From: Burkholderia sp.
Lineage (GTDB): Bacteria > Pseudomonadota > Gammaproteobacteria > Burkholderiales > Burkholderiaceae
Direction: 5' to 3'
Assembly (NCBI RefSeq): GCF_018375725.1
Contig: NZ_JAHACR010000001.1
Coordinates: forward strand, 8,721 to 72,720
Length of the DNA: 64,000 nt
Under the pieces are notes generated by a model, which saw only the letters and a program-made list of their open reading frames with translations, was not told the origin of the DNA and made no database searches. A program made the translations under genes and the position numbers. Below are positions 43,494-52,918 of the stretch, piece after piece; positions within the stretch are counted from its first letter, which is position 1; the number at the start of each line of letters is the position of its first letter.

Positions 43494-44807
43494 TCAGCGC
43501 CAATACCTATCTGCGACAGGATCGTGCAGCACCGCCTCAGCCATGCAGTTACACATCTCCGCAGTAAAGTGGATTTCGCCGAGCAGTTCCTCGATCGCCG
43601 CTTCCAGTTCGGCTCCGTGTGCAAACGGCATGGTGATCTCGTATCGCGTGCGCTGCCGGTTGACGCAACGCATCTCATATAGGGAATGACAGAAATCTTC
43701 GATCCAGCGGCGCGCCTTGGACATGCCTCGCACGAATTTGCTGTTGCGCTCGATGACCAAATGCAGGTTCAGGTGGGTGTGCGGCGTCGACGATGTCGTT
43801 ACCTCGTCCGCCAACAACTGAGTTTTTGCGGGTTCGGTGATCGCGGGCTGCGTGGGTGCCGGTGGCGGCATCGTTGTAAGTGCCGACTCGATGCGATGTT
43901 GTGCGAACGGATCGGCCGCATCGATGTAACGCATTGCCGAACGCACATCTTTCCAGCCGACATATTCCATCAGCATTTTCAGGTCCCAACCGTTCGAGTT
44001 GGCCCAGGTCGCAAAGCCCCGCCGCAGTGAATGGCTGCTGTAGCTGTCGGGCGCCGGTAGCCCCGCCGCACGAAACAGGGTGCGCAGAAGTGGCACGAAG
44101 CTGCCGGCATGCAGACCTGCGTCGCTCACGTTCCCCCAGCGGTCGACGCTGCGAAAGACCGGGCCTTCGGTCAGGCTTGACGCGGCAATCCACGCCTCAT
44201 ATGCGGCTACCGGACAGAGACGAGAGAGCGCCGGGGCCTTGAATGTCGTGCCGAGTTGCGCGCGATCGCCCTTCGTGCGCGGCAGGAACAGCGTCATGCC
44301 TCGGGCCGGCTCGACGGCGATGTGCTCGATTCGCAGGCGGCTCAACTCGTCAGAGCGAAACCCCCGCCAGAAGCCAAGCAGCACCAGCGCCCGGTTGCGA
44401 AGGTGCGTCAAGCGCATGCGCGTATCACCGTGTTCCTCGGCTTCCCTGATCTGTCCGTCGAGCCAGGCCGCGAGGCGCTCGAGCTGCGCGAGTTGCAACG
44501 GTCGGGCACGCTTCTCGGTCACCGGATGCAGCGCCGCGATGCCCTTGATCACCTTGCGAACATGGGGCGTCTTGGTCGGGTCCGGAAAACCTTGCGTCTG
44601 GTGCCATTGCGCCAGCGCCGCAAGCCGGGCGCGCAGCGTGTTGACCGACAGTGACTGCGCGTGGTCCGCGAGGTACCGCGCGATCTCGTCGGCACTCGCC
44701 GGCAGAAAGCCACCCCATTCGACCTCAAAATGCCGGATCGCGGATTGATAGCTGCGCCGCGTGTTTTCGCGTGTGGCGGCCTCAATGTAGCGATCGACGG
44801 CGGACAT
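43494..44807 (-). CDS. tyrosine site-specific recombinase (probable transposon resolvase) with about 110-aa C-terminal extension
   Basis: RGFRSDELSRL (Arg), TKGDR (Lys), HSLRRGFATW (His/Arg) and VGWKDVRSAMRYID (Trp/Tyr). The extra C-terminal domain has no recognised motif. Confidence 0.85.
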   Translation of the reverse strand: MSAVDRYIEAATRENTRRSYQSAIRHFEVEWGGFLPASADEIARYLADHAQSLSVNTLRARLAALAQWHQTQGFPDPTKTPHVRKVIKGIAALHPVTEKRARPLQLAQLERLAAWLDGQIREAEEHGDTRMRLTHLRNRALVLLGFWRGFRSDELSRLRIEHIAVEPARGMTLFLPRTKGDRAQLGTTFKAPALSRLCPVAAYEAWIAASSLTEGPVFRSVDRWGNVSDAGLHAGSFVPLLRTLFRAAGLPAPDSYSSHSLRRGFATWANSNGWDLKMLMEYVGWKDVRSAMRYIDAADPFAQHRIESALTTMPPPAPTQPAITEPAKTQLLADEVTTSSTPHTHLNLHLVIERNSKFVRGMSKARRWIEDFCHSLYEMRCVNRQRTRYEITMPFAHGAELEAAIEELLGEIHFTAEMCNCMAEAVLHDPVADRYWR

Positions 44808-44923
44808 GGGACGTGATGGCGTGCGTCAAGCGTGGGTGCATGCATGATACCGAAAGCGGCAGCGTTCTCGGATCGGGTCACCGTCGGCGGTATCCGCATG
44901 CATGCGTCATTGTGCCAGTGGCA

Positions 44924-45128
44924 CTACCCATCCGAACAGCTACCGGAGCGCAACCGGTCGAACGACTCGGAGCCCGGTTTGCCTGAGGTGGCTGGCCCGG
45001 ATCGAAGCCCGCCGGCGCATGAAATGCTCGCTTCCAGCGCGGTGAGCATCGGACAGGCATCGAGCGGAGCATCCGCGACCGCACAGGTGTCGATCATCGC
45101 ATCCAGCGCGTGTGCCATGACTTGCAGC
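44924..45128 (-). pseudogene. MerR-family metal-responsive regulator, 3' fragment (split by IS66 element)
   Basis: Encodes ...LQVMAHALDAMIDTCAVADAPLDACPML..., a Cys-rich metal-binding tail. Joins in frame to 48362-48654, giving 166 codons in total. Confidence 0.8.
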
Positions 45129-45169
45129 GTAAGCGATCGAATAACGACGCCCTTGTGTAGAAATCGCTG

Positions 45170-45213
45170 CACTCTGATGCTACGTGTCCACGTGGACAGC
45201 TGGCATCAGAGTG
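45170..45213 (+). promoter_or_regulatory. nested hairpin immediately upstream of IS66 orf1 start
   Basis: 11-bp arms CACTCTGATGC / GCATCAGAGTG enclose the 12-bp palindrome GTCCACGTGGAC (45186-45197). The structure ends 1 nt before ATG 45215. Confidence 0.45.
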
Positions 45214-45214
45214 T

Positions 45215-45703
45215 ATGAGTGAAAAACAAGACTTGCGTAGCCGACTGGTTGTTGGCCGAAAACGAGATGGCCGTCGAGAATACGACGATGCTGCCCGCGA
45301 CGAGTTGGTGCAACTTTGTCTGCAGCCTGGTGTGTCGATAGCGCGAACGGCAATGGAGCACGATCTAAATCCAAATCTGCTGCGCAGCTGGGTCGCCCGC
45401 CATCAAAAGATACAGGCCCAGATCGAGCACGATCGGGTAGCTCGGTCGCCTGCAATTTCCGACGGCGTCACAATCGATATTCCCAATACATCACCAGCAT
45501 TCGTGCCAATCGCGTCGATTTCCGCATTGCCGCCAGCACTCCCGCCTGATCCACCACCTTTGGAGAAATCGATGGCGCTCTCCTTGCATGTGCGCCTGTC
45601 CAATGGTGTCGAATTCGATCTTGGCGAGGCGGGCGTCGATGAACTGGCCACGGTGATCCAGATGCTGGGGAGGCTGCCTTGTTCCGGTTCGACGAAGGGC
45701 TGA
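45215..45703 (+). CDS. IS66-family accessory protein (orf1/TnpA)
   Basis: 162 aa. N-terminal HTH-like region. First of the three IS66 genes. Confidence 0.85.
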   Translation: MSEKQDLRSRLVVGRKRDGRREYDDAARDELVQLCLQPGVSIARTAMEHDLNPNLLRSWVARHQKIQAQIEHDRVARSPAISDGVTIDIPNTSPAFVPIASISALPPALPPDPPPLEKSMALSLHVRLSNGVEFDLGEAGVDELATVIQMLGRLPCSGSTKG

Positions 45704-46029
45704 AGGTCTACCTGCATCGCGACCCGGTCGACTTCCGAATGGGCATCAACGGACTGTCGATTCTGGTCGAACAGGCGATGCGTCTGAACCCGATGACCTC
45801 GGCGCTGTTCGTGTTCGGCAATCGCCGTCGTGATCGCATCAAGATCCTTGGCTGGGGTGGCAACGGCTTCTGGTTGCTGCTCAAACGACTCGAAGCCGAC
45901 CGCTTCATCTGGCCGAACGGAGGAGACACAATCACGCTCAGCGCCGAACAGTTGCACTGGCTGCTCGACGGCATTGACCTGGCCGTGATCCAGAAGCATC
46001 CCCAGCGATATTACGCGCGGATGAGCTGA
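45679..46029 (+). CDS. IS66-family TnpB
   Basis: KVYLHRDPVDFRMGINGLSILVEQ...FVFGNRRRDRIKILGWGGNGFWLLLKRLE is typical of IS66 TnpB. There is no ATG: the candidates are TTG 45679, or CTG in a CTGA overlap at 45700-45703. Confidence 0.8.
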   Translation: MFRFDEGLKVYLHRDPVDFRMGINGLSILVEQAMRLNPMTSALFVFGNRRRDRIKILGWGGNGFWLLLKRLEADRFIWPNGGDTITLSAEQLHWLLDGIDLAVIQKHPQRYYARMS

Positions 46030-46060
46030 ACACCACGCAGGTGGCATGGTCTAATCGGCC

Positions 46061-47653
46061 ATGCCGAATAGACCCGTCATGTTGAGCGCGGAGGAGTACG
46101 AAGCGCTGATTGCCGCGAGCGCCGAACGCGATGCGCTGCGTGGTGAGCTTCGACTCGTGACGGCCCAGCGCGATCTGGCCGAAGAGAAGCTGCGGGCCTA
46201 CAAGCACGAACTGTTCGGCGCCTCTAGCGAGGCGCGCCATGCCGACCAACTCGGCTTGTTCAACGAAGCTGAAGCATTGGCCACCACTACCAATGCGCCC
46301 GCGCGCGAGGACGCGCCCGGCACGTCTGTCGCCGCCCACACGCGAGGCAAGCGCGGACGCAAACCACTCGATCCGAACTTGCCGCGCGAGGTCGTGCGGC
46401 ACGAACTACCCGAGTCTGAACGATTCTGCGCGCACGACGGCTATGCCCTCGTGGAGATCGGCGTCGAGACGAGCGAACAGCTTGACGTGATCCCCGAGCA
46501 GGTCCGCGTCGTTCAGCACCAGCGTGTCAAGTACGCGTGCCCGTGCTGTGATCTCGGCATCAAGGTCACGCCGGCGCCAGCGCGTATCATCCCGCGCGGG
46601 TTGCTCACGGAATCCGCGCTAGCGTGGATCATCACTGGCAAGTACCAGTATGGTATGCCACTGTATCGCCAAACCTCGCTGCTGCGTCGCTTCGGCGGCG
46701 ACATCTCGTCGAACACGCTGGCCGCCAGCGTGGTGCGGGTGGGACTGGCCACGCAGCCGGTGATCAACCTGATGCGCGACGCGCTGCTCGAATCGGACCT
46801 GATCTACGGCGACGAGACAACGTTCCAAGTGCTGAAGGAGCCAGGACGCAGGCCGCAGGCGAAGAGTTACCTGTGGGCGCAGGTCAACGGCTCGGGGCCG
46901 CCAGTACGGATGTTCTCGTACTCGCCGGGGCGCGGCGCCCAGCACGCGCAGAAGCTCTATGCTGGCGTGCACCCTGGCACCGTGCTGATGACTGATGGGT
47001 ACGAGCTCTACAACGGAATCGCCCACGATCACCAGCTCGTGCATCTCGGATGCTGGGCACACGTGCGCCGCGGCTTCATCAAGGCCGAGGAGTCGGTGCC
47101 GAAGGCTGCACGCTCGCCGGATCTGCTGGCCACGCGCTTCGTCGTGCTGATCGGCAAGCTGTTCGCGGCCGAGGCGCGCAGCGCGAAGTGGAAACCCGAA
47201 TGTCGGCGGCGACTGCGTGCGCGATACAGCACCCGCGTGCTCGGCATCATCGAGCGCATGCTGGTCGAGCATCTACCGGGCGTCGTGCCGTCGAGTCTGC
47301 TCGGCAAGGCATTGCAGTATCTAAGCGGACAGTGGCCCAAACTGGTTCGCTACGTCGAAAACGGTACCTGGCCGATCTCGAACAACCTGTGCGAGAACGC
47401 GATCCGACCGTTCGTCGTCGGACGCAAGGGCTGGCTGTTCTCCGATACGGTAGCCGGCGCACAGGCCAGCGCCAATCTCTACTCACTGGTCGAGACCTGC
47501 AAGGCGAATGGCATCGACCCATACCGCTATCTCGTCTGGCTGTTTGCTAATCTGCCGCACGCTTCAACCGCTGACAGCTACGCGGCCCTGCTGCCTTGGG
47601 CGTCACCATACAATAACCAACCGACTGGCGAGCCACCGAGTACGAGCCCTTAG
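46061..47653 (+). CDS. IS66-family transposase (TnpC)
   Basis: 530 aa. Leucine-zipper-like N-terminus, CxxC...CPCC zinc region and a DDE core. C-terminal ...[17 protein letters not shown]. Confidence 0.92.
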   Translation: MPNRPVMLSAEEYEALIAASAERDALRGELRLVTAQRDLAEEKLRAYKHELFGASSEARHADQLGLFNEAEALATTTNAPAREDAPGTSVAAHTRGKRGRKPLDPNLPREVVRHELPESERFCAHDGYALVEIGVETSEQLDVIPEQVRVVQHQRVKYACPCCDLGIKVTPAPARIIPRGLLTESALAWIITGKYQYGMPLYRQTSLLRRFGGDISSNTLAASVVRVGLATQPVINLMRDALLESDLIYGDETTFQVLKEPGRRPQAKSYLWAQVNGSGPPVRMFSYSPGRGAQHAQKLYAGVHPGTVLMTDGYELYNGIAHDHQLVHLGCWAHVRRGFIKAEESVPKAARSPDLLATRFVVLIGKLFAAEARSAKWKPECRRRLRARYSTRVLGIIERMLVEHLPGVVPSSLLGKALQYLSGQWPKLVRYVENGTWPISNNLCENAIRPFVVGRKGWLFSDTVAGAQASANLYSLVETCKANGIDPYRYLVWLFANLPHASTADSYAALLPWASPYNNQPTGEPPSTSP

Positions 47654-48228
47654 CAGTGAACGATGGTCACGCGAGGCCAGCGATTGCGATACTGCTTCTC
47701 TTGTACCCGCTGCCGATACGTCGCGACACTGACTCGCTCGGGATTCCGACGAACCACCATGGCGAACAAATCATCCAGCCCATACGGTGCAAGAACCTTG
47801 ATCGTGTCATCAGGAAGTAGAGTCAACCCGACTGCGGTTGCATACTCTGGCCACGACGCGACGGCGGCCTCCAGCGACTTCAATGGTGGCACGGCGTAAC
47901 CAAAAGCCGCCTCGAACCAGGTATGAACGGCGGCTTGATTGGTGACCTCCCATGGCAATTGGGGGTGCATCCTGCTTAGATGAGACTGAAACGTTGCGTC
48001 GCGCTCTGCAGAAAGATCAGCGCCATCAAAGTACGCAACATCGACGTCACGCAATGCTGACGATGTCTCCAATCCATGCAAAGAGTCCCAGACGAGGTTC
48101 CGTACGGCACCAGCACCAATGCACCAGGAGGGTAGATTCAGGGACCGGACTGCAACCAGTGCAGGCCAAAACCATGAAGACTCTCGCGCAAGGGCAACGA
48201 GGTGTGCTTCGAAATCAGTTGATGGCAT
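47650..48228 (-). CDS. nucleotidyltransferase-family protein (passenger gene inside IS66 element)
   Basis: 192 aa from [21 protein letters not shown]...RDVDVAYFD pattern. Lies wholly inside the IS. Its stop overlaps the tnpC stop tail to tail. Confidence 0.7.
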   Translation of the reverse strand: MPSTDFEAHLVALARESSWFWPALVAVRSLNLPSWCIGAGAVRNLVWDSLHGLETSSALRDVDVAYFDGADLSAERDATFQSHLSRMHPQLPWEVTNQAAVHTWFEAAFGYAVPPLKSLEAAVASWPEYATAVGLTLLPDDTIKVLAPYGLDDLFAMVVRRNPERVSVATYRQRVQEKQYRNRWPRVTIVHC

Positions 48229-48353
48229 GGGCGAAGAGTCCGCTGGGTAGAGGCGACGATCTGCCGCTGAGCAAACTCGCCGCTCACGGCAAGTCGATCT
48301 TAACCGAGTGTGACGCAGATGGAGGAGAGAGGCGTCCTTTACCGACCGCTTAC

Positions 48354-48654
48354 CTTGCAGCGAACGAATTTTCTGTTCCAGTTGCAGCTTTTTCTCGAAC
48401 GCATAGCGACGGATATCCTGGCAATGGGAATCAGTCCGGCTCGTGAGTGCGAGCAATTCCCGGATATCCCAGAGCGATAACCCGCAGTGCTGGGCATGCT
48501 TGATGAAATGCAAGCGGCGCACCGCCTGGTCGTCGTAAAAACGGTAACCGTTCCCGCTTCTCCCGACAGGCGCCAACAGCCCCTCTTTCTCATAGTAGCG
48601 AACCGTGTCGATGCTCACGTGAGCCTGCGCGGCGACTTTGCCGATGGTCAGCAT
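48354..48654 (-). pseudogene. MerR-family regulator, 5' fragment (HTH domain)
   Basis: [27 protein letters not shown].. is a MerR HTH. The reading frame runs into the IS66 IRR at 48353. Confidence 0.85.
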
Positions 48655-48687
48655 GGTGGTTCTCCCGTCTCAGGGCGGCGCACACTG

Positions 48688-49857
48688 CTAAGCTGGGGTG
48701 TCAGCTTCACGATCAGCCTCCGCGGCCCAGTGAGCATCGATCTTTTCGGTCCGGTCCGTCGGTCGCAGGTGGTCGTCAGTGCCCCCGCACCCTGCAAGCG
48801 TCTCCGCGAAGGAGTGGGACAGCTCACCGTCCGCCCGCCAGCTCGTGAGGCGAGGCCAGGACGGCGGGCCGGCCTCCGGGCGAGCGTGACTGCCGAGCGG
48901 ATCTCGCGGCGGGGTTGCTTGTGCCTGCATAGCAGCGACACGTAAAGCGGGATATGCGCCCGCTGGCTGCAACGCGAATTGCTCAATCAGGTGATCGATG
49001 AACGTGCGCACTTTTGCCGGCAGGTAATGCCGACTCGGATAGGCGATGTGCACGTCCACACACGGCAGTTGGTACTCGGGCAGCAGACTGACAAGTCGTC
49101 CGCTCGCGATGTCGCGTTCGATCAGATAGCTCGGCAGGATTGCGATGCCGTGGCCGAGTAGCGCCAGTTGTCGCAGCATCTCGGCGTTGTTCGCGAACGC
49201 CACATTGGTCGGACGCACCCGAACCGCTTCGCCGCCCGGGGCGGTGAAGATGTATGCGTCTCCGCCCTGATCGGCCGGCAGCGACAGACACTGATGCTCG
49301 AGCAGCTGTTCCGGCCGCTGCGGCACACCATGCCGTTCGAGGTAACCGGGTGTCGCACACACGGCGATGCATCCGCTCGTCAATCGCCGCATCACGACAC
49401 TGGCACTGCGCACGCGCTCCGCGATCACGATCCCGACGTCGAAGCCTTCTTCGACCATATTGACCTCGCGGTCGACCAGGGTCACATTGGGCACGACCCT
49501 CGGATAGCGCTGTGCGTAGGCATGCAGCGCAGGCGCGAGGTTATTCAGGCCGAACACGACCGGGGCGACGATCCGCAACGTGCCGACGGGCTCGTGGTTG
49601 CGGGCAACGAGGCTGTGCTCCAGCTCGTCGAGATCGTCGAGAATCTGCGTTGCCCGCTCCAGGTACACCTGGCCGGACTCGGTCAGCGACAGCGAGCGAG
49701 TGGTGCGGTTCAGAAGCCGCGCGCCAAGGCTTCGTTCAAGCTCGGCGATATGCCGGGTCACGACGGAATTCCCCATCTCCAGCGCTATGGCGGCCTTGCA
49801 GAAACTGCCAAGCTCCGCGACCTTAATGAAGACGCGCATCGACTGTAAACGATCCAT
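48688..49857 (-). CDS. LysR-family transcriptional regulator (with unusual about 90-aa C-terminal tail)
   Basis: N-terminal HTH MRVFIKVAELGSFCKAAIALEMGNSVVTRHIAELERSLGARLLNRTTR. The ORF runs about 90 aa beyond typical LysR length. Confidence 0.85.
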   Translation of the reverse strand: MDRLQSMRVFIKVAELGSFCKAAIALEMGNSVVTRHIAELERSLGARLLNRTTRSLSLTESGQVYLERATQILDDLDELEHSLVARNHEPVGTLRIVAPVVFGLNNLAPALHAYAQRYPRVVPNVTLVDREVNMVEEGFDVGIVIAERVRSASVVMRRLTSGCIAVCATPGYLERHGVPQRPEQLLEHQCLSLPADQGGDAYIFTAPGGEAVRVRPTNVAFANNAEMLRQLALLGHGIAILPSYLIERDIASGRLVSLLPEYQLPCVDVHIAYPSRHYLPAKVRTFIDHLIEQFALQPAGAYPALRVAAMQAQATPPRDPLGSHARPEAGPPSWPRLTSWRADGELSHSFAETLAGCGGTDDHLRPTDRTEKIDAHWAAEADREADTPA

Positions 49858-50040
49858 GGATCACTCCCGCGTCAATCGACGTTGGTGGTTGCACTGCGCA
49901 TGTGAGTGCTGCCGCGCAAGAGGGAGCGCCGTTCATCGCGGCCGGTGCCCCGCTCGCGCTGAATCTCCTCACTCTGCCTTGATGCTAGACCCTGGTGCTA
50001 ACTCCAGAGTCAAGCAGAACTGGCGTGGCATCCCGATTCC

Positions 50041-50922
50041 TCACGATGACGCGCTTCGGTCGGTCAAAGGAAGCTGTTCAAGAGCACGGCGTGTCTGGCG
50101 GTAAGCGACCTCGATCAGCTCCACGCTGTGCCGGAAATCCAGCAGGTCGATCTCGTCGGTGAGCTGCGGACGCACCACGAAGACCTCGAGTCGGCCGTGA
50201 AAATGTTCGCGTTCGGCGGCGTATTTTCCGGCGAGCGCAATCGAAAAGCTGCGCATCAGAATATCCGCCCAGCCGCGCGGCGGTCGCGGACAACGCTGCG
50301 CACAGGCGCACTCGATCAGATAGACGGCTCGGGCGCCGAGTGCTTCGGCTTTCGCGAATGGCACATCGTTCGCGAGGCCGCCATCGACGTGCGGCCGACC
50401 GCCTAGTTCGACGGGGGGAAAGATGCCGGGCAGGCTCATCGAGGCGATCAGGGGCTCAATCAGATCCCCCTGTCCGGACCAGTAGCACGCGGAACCCGAC
50501 TGCAGATCGGTGGTGACGATCGTGAGCGGGATCGCGAGCTGCTCGAATCGCGTGGCCGGCAAGGTTCGGCGCAGCATGGCCCGTAGCGGGTCGAGCCCGA
50601 GCAGGCCCGCGCTGCGGCCCCCATGGCGCAGCCAGTCCCAGTTCAGGGACACGGCCTGACGCAACCGGAACTCGCGCCACAGTTCGATAAGCCGGGGTGC
50701 CGCGATGCCGCCGGCGATATACGCGCCGTTCAGCGCCCCGATCGAGCTGCCGAGCACCATGTCTGCGCGCACGCCGCATTCAGTCAAGGCCTGGTAGAAC
50801 CCCACCTCCATGGCGCCCCGGCTGCCCCCGCCGCACAGCAGCAAGGCCTTGCGCCCCGGACCAATACCGGCTAACGGTGGTTCCGTTGCGAGCCCTGCGT
50901 GCATTGTCATGGGACGCCTCAA
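50041..50922 (-). CDS. patatin-like phospholipase
   Basis: CGGGSRG oxyanion loop, GSSIG nucleophile elbow, HVDGG catalytic Asp. Start uncertain. Confidence 0.8.
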   Translation of the reverse strand: MRRPMTMHAGLATEPPLAGIGPGRKALLLCGGGSRGAMEVGFYQALTECGVRADMVLGSSIGALNGAYIAGGIAAPRLIELWREFRLRQAVSLNWDWLRHGGRSAGLLGLDPLRAMLRRTLPATRFEQLAIPLTIVTTDLQSGSACYWSGQGDLIEPLIASMSLPGIFPPVELGGRPHVDGGLANDVPFAKAEALGARAVYLIECACAQRCPRPPRGWADILMRSFSIALAGKYAAEREHFHGRLEVFVVRPQLTDEIDLLDFRHSVELIEVAYRQTRRALEQLPLTDRSASS

Positions 50923-50924
50923 TT

Positions 50925-51980
50925 TCAGTCGATCGAGTCCGAAGGTGCTGGCCGTTCACGCGACGAGCTGGCGCGAGCCGCCACCGGCCGCCAGGCCGAT
51001 AGTTCAAGTGTGGTCCTGCACCCCAGGTCGGCGAAGTGCTCTGTGAGCCAGCGCCCGGCGGCTTCCCGGCCGGAATCGCGCAGCCGGGCAAGGAACGCCG
51101 GGTGCGTGTCGAGCTTGGTGCGACTGCCAAGGTCTCTGAACACCTCCTCGGCGGCTATGCGATGAAAATACACGCACCGATATCTCGGGTCCTTCACCAC
51201 GCCGGCCGCGATCAGCCGCGTGATGCCCGCGATCGCGCGGATCTCTCGCATCAGGCTGGCGTTGAAGCTGATTTCGTTGACTCGGCTTGCGATCTCCTGC
51301 GCGGTGCGCGGCACCGCGTCGCGCCGGAACGGATCGACCTGTACCAGCACGATATCGGCAAAGTCCGTACAGCCGTCAACGAGCGGCTCGAGCACCGGGT
51401 TCCCCAGAAAGCCGCCATCCCAGTAGTACTCGCCGTCGACCGCGACAGCCGGATAGATCTGCGGCAGGCAGGCCGAAGCCAGCAGCACCTCGACGGAGAG
51501 CTCCGCGCCGGTGAAGAGACGCAGGTTGTTGGTCCGCACGTTGGTGGCCGAGACGTACAACCGGATCTTCTGACAGCGCCTGACACACGCGAAGTCGATC
51601 GTCTGGGACAGCACCTCCCGGAGCGGATTGAAGTTGAACGGGTTGAGCTGATAGGGCGAGAACGCCTGGCTGATCCAGTCCCACCACTGCGCGACGGGTG
51701 ACCAGTCCGGTCCCAGCGGATTCAGGGGCCCCGATCGATAAGGGCTGAAGGTGCCGGCCCTGGCCATCGCGGTCCAGAACCGGGAGAGCGCCTCCCTTGC
51801 GCCCGGGGCCCCGCCTTTTTCAAAGCCGTCGGCCAGGACGGCGGCGTTCATCGCGCCCGCGCTGGTGCCGCTAATGCTTTCGATGACGAGCCGCTCGTCT
51901 TCGAGCAGGCGGTCGAGCACGCCCCAGGTGAAGGCCCCGTGGGACCCGCCCCCCTGCAGGGCGAGCGCAATTTTTTTCAT
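50925..51980 (-). CDS. patatin-like phospholipase
   Basis: QGGGSHG, GTSAG and YWDGGF motifs. Start taken at MKKIAL. Confidence 0.85.
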   Translation of the reverse strand: MKKIALALQGGGSHGAFTWGVLDRLLEDERLVIESISGTSAGAMNAAVLADGFEKGGAPGAREALSRFWTAMARAGTFSPYRSGPLNPLGPDWSPVAQWWDWISQAFSPYQLNPFNFNPLREVLSQTIDFACVRRCQKIRLYVSATNVRTNNLRLFTGAELSVEVLLASACLPQIYPAVAVDGEYYWDGGFLGNPVLEPLVDGCTDFADIVLVQVDPFRRDAVPRTAQEIASRVNEISFNASLMREIRAIAGITRLIAAGVVKDPRYRCVYFHRIAAEEVFRDLGSRTKLDTHPAFLARLRDSGREAAGRWLTEHFADLGCRTTLELSAWRPVAARASSSRERPAPSDSID

Positions 51981-52016
51981 GGATCGATGGCGCACCATCC
52001 GTCCTCTCCCGCGGCG

Positions 52017-52235
52017 CTATGCTTTGGACACGCCGCCACTACCCACAGCGTCGCGCCCATTTCCGGACAGGAGCCGGGGGCGGTCATGTGCGGCGCGTTC
52101 GGTGAACCGGCGATAACAGTCCAGTCCGCAGAAATGCATGACGTAGTCGGCTCCCTCCGGCGTGAATGCCGCATCGAGCGGGATCTCCCTGCAACAGACG
52201 CCGCAATCAACGGTGCTTGCGTTGCCAGTCTTCAT
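52017..52235 (-). CDS. small Cys-rich protein (DUF3330-like) commonly found at the distal end of mer operons
   Basis: [19 protein letters not shown]...[11 protein letters not shown]. The family name is from memory. Confidence 0.55.
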   Translation of the reverse strand: MKTGNASTVDCGVCCREIPLDAAFTPEGADYVMHFCGLDCYRRFTERAAHDRPRLLSGNGRDAVGSGGVSKA

Positions 52236-52320
52236 GATCGAATCCCTCCTTCGCCCGCGTCGCCTGAGGCAGGCCACCGAGCGCCCGATTGACAGGCCAG
52301 TGGTCCAGGGCCGCAACCGC

Positions 52321-52554
52321 CTATGGAAGCTGGCGTGCCCGCCCCAGCGCGTTCAGCAGCGCGAAGACAAACAGCGCGAGCAGTACGAGCAGGGCAATGC
52401 CTTCGTGTTCGGTGACAAACGCCCCGACCATCGTCCCGGACAGCAGCGCGATGAGAATGGGCAGGTGGCACGGGCAGGTCAGGACGGCCAACGTTCCCCA
52501 CATCCAGGTACGCCAGCGTGGGCGAGGCGATGCAGTTGGATCAGGACTACGCAT
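52321..52554 (-). CDS. merE: mercury transporter MerE
   Basis: 77 aa, two TM helices, LTCPCHLP motif. Confidence 0.85.
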   Translation of the reverse strand: MRSPDPTASPRPRWRTWMWGTLAVLTCPCHLPILIALLSGTMVGAFVTEHEGIALLVLLALFVFALLNALGRARQLP

Positions 52555-52918
52555 GATGGCTCTCCAGTTCGGTCGCGGATCGCGCGGCGCGGATCATCCC
52601 GGCAAGTTGCTGGTCGAGTGCCTCCAGGCCTGCACGCCGCGCGACAATCAACGACCGCAGGTGCGCCAGGGATTCGACGGCGGCGTCGCTCCCTGTGTCG
52701 AGTTCGCGACACAGCCGGATCAGGTCGTTCAGGCCGATGCCGGCCTCGAATGCCGCGCGCACAAAACGCAGGCGCGTCAACGACTGGGCGTCATAGAGGC
52801 CGTACCCGCTCGCAGTGCGCTGTGCAGGGCGGAGCAGCCCGCGCAACACATAGTCGCGCACGACATGGATGCTGACGCCAGCCTCGCTGGCGAGATGGGA
52901 GATGGTGTAGGCATTCAT
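52547..52918 (-). CDS. merD: mer operon co-regulator MerD
   Basis: [29 protein letters not shown] is a MerR-like HTH. ATGA overlap with the merB stop. Confidence 0.9.
   Translation of the reverse strand: MNAYTISHLASEAGVSIHVVRDYVLRGLLRPAQRTASGYGLYDAQSLTRLRFVRAAFEAGIGLNDLIRLCRELDTGSDAAVESLAHLRSLIVARRAGLEALDQQLAGMIRAARSATELESHHA

Larger units (their letters stand above)
45129..48353 (+). mobile_element. IS66-family element (3,225 bp) with passenger gene
   Basis: IRL GTAAGCGATCGAATAACGACGCC versus the reverse complement of IRR GTAAGCGGTCGGTAAAGGACGCC. 8-bp TSD CTTGCAGC at 45121-45128 and 48354-48361. Three-gene tnpA/tnpB/tnpC set. Confidence 0.9.

Noticed and set aside
47650-48654. Apparent 334-aa MerR-HTH::nucleotidyltransferase fusion protein
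   Set aside because: The junction (48353/48354) coincides exactly with the IS66 right inverted repeat and the 8-bp TSD. The ORF is therefore read-through from a disrupted MerR-family gene into the IS passenger gene, not a genuine fusion.
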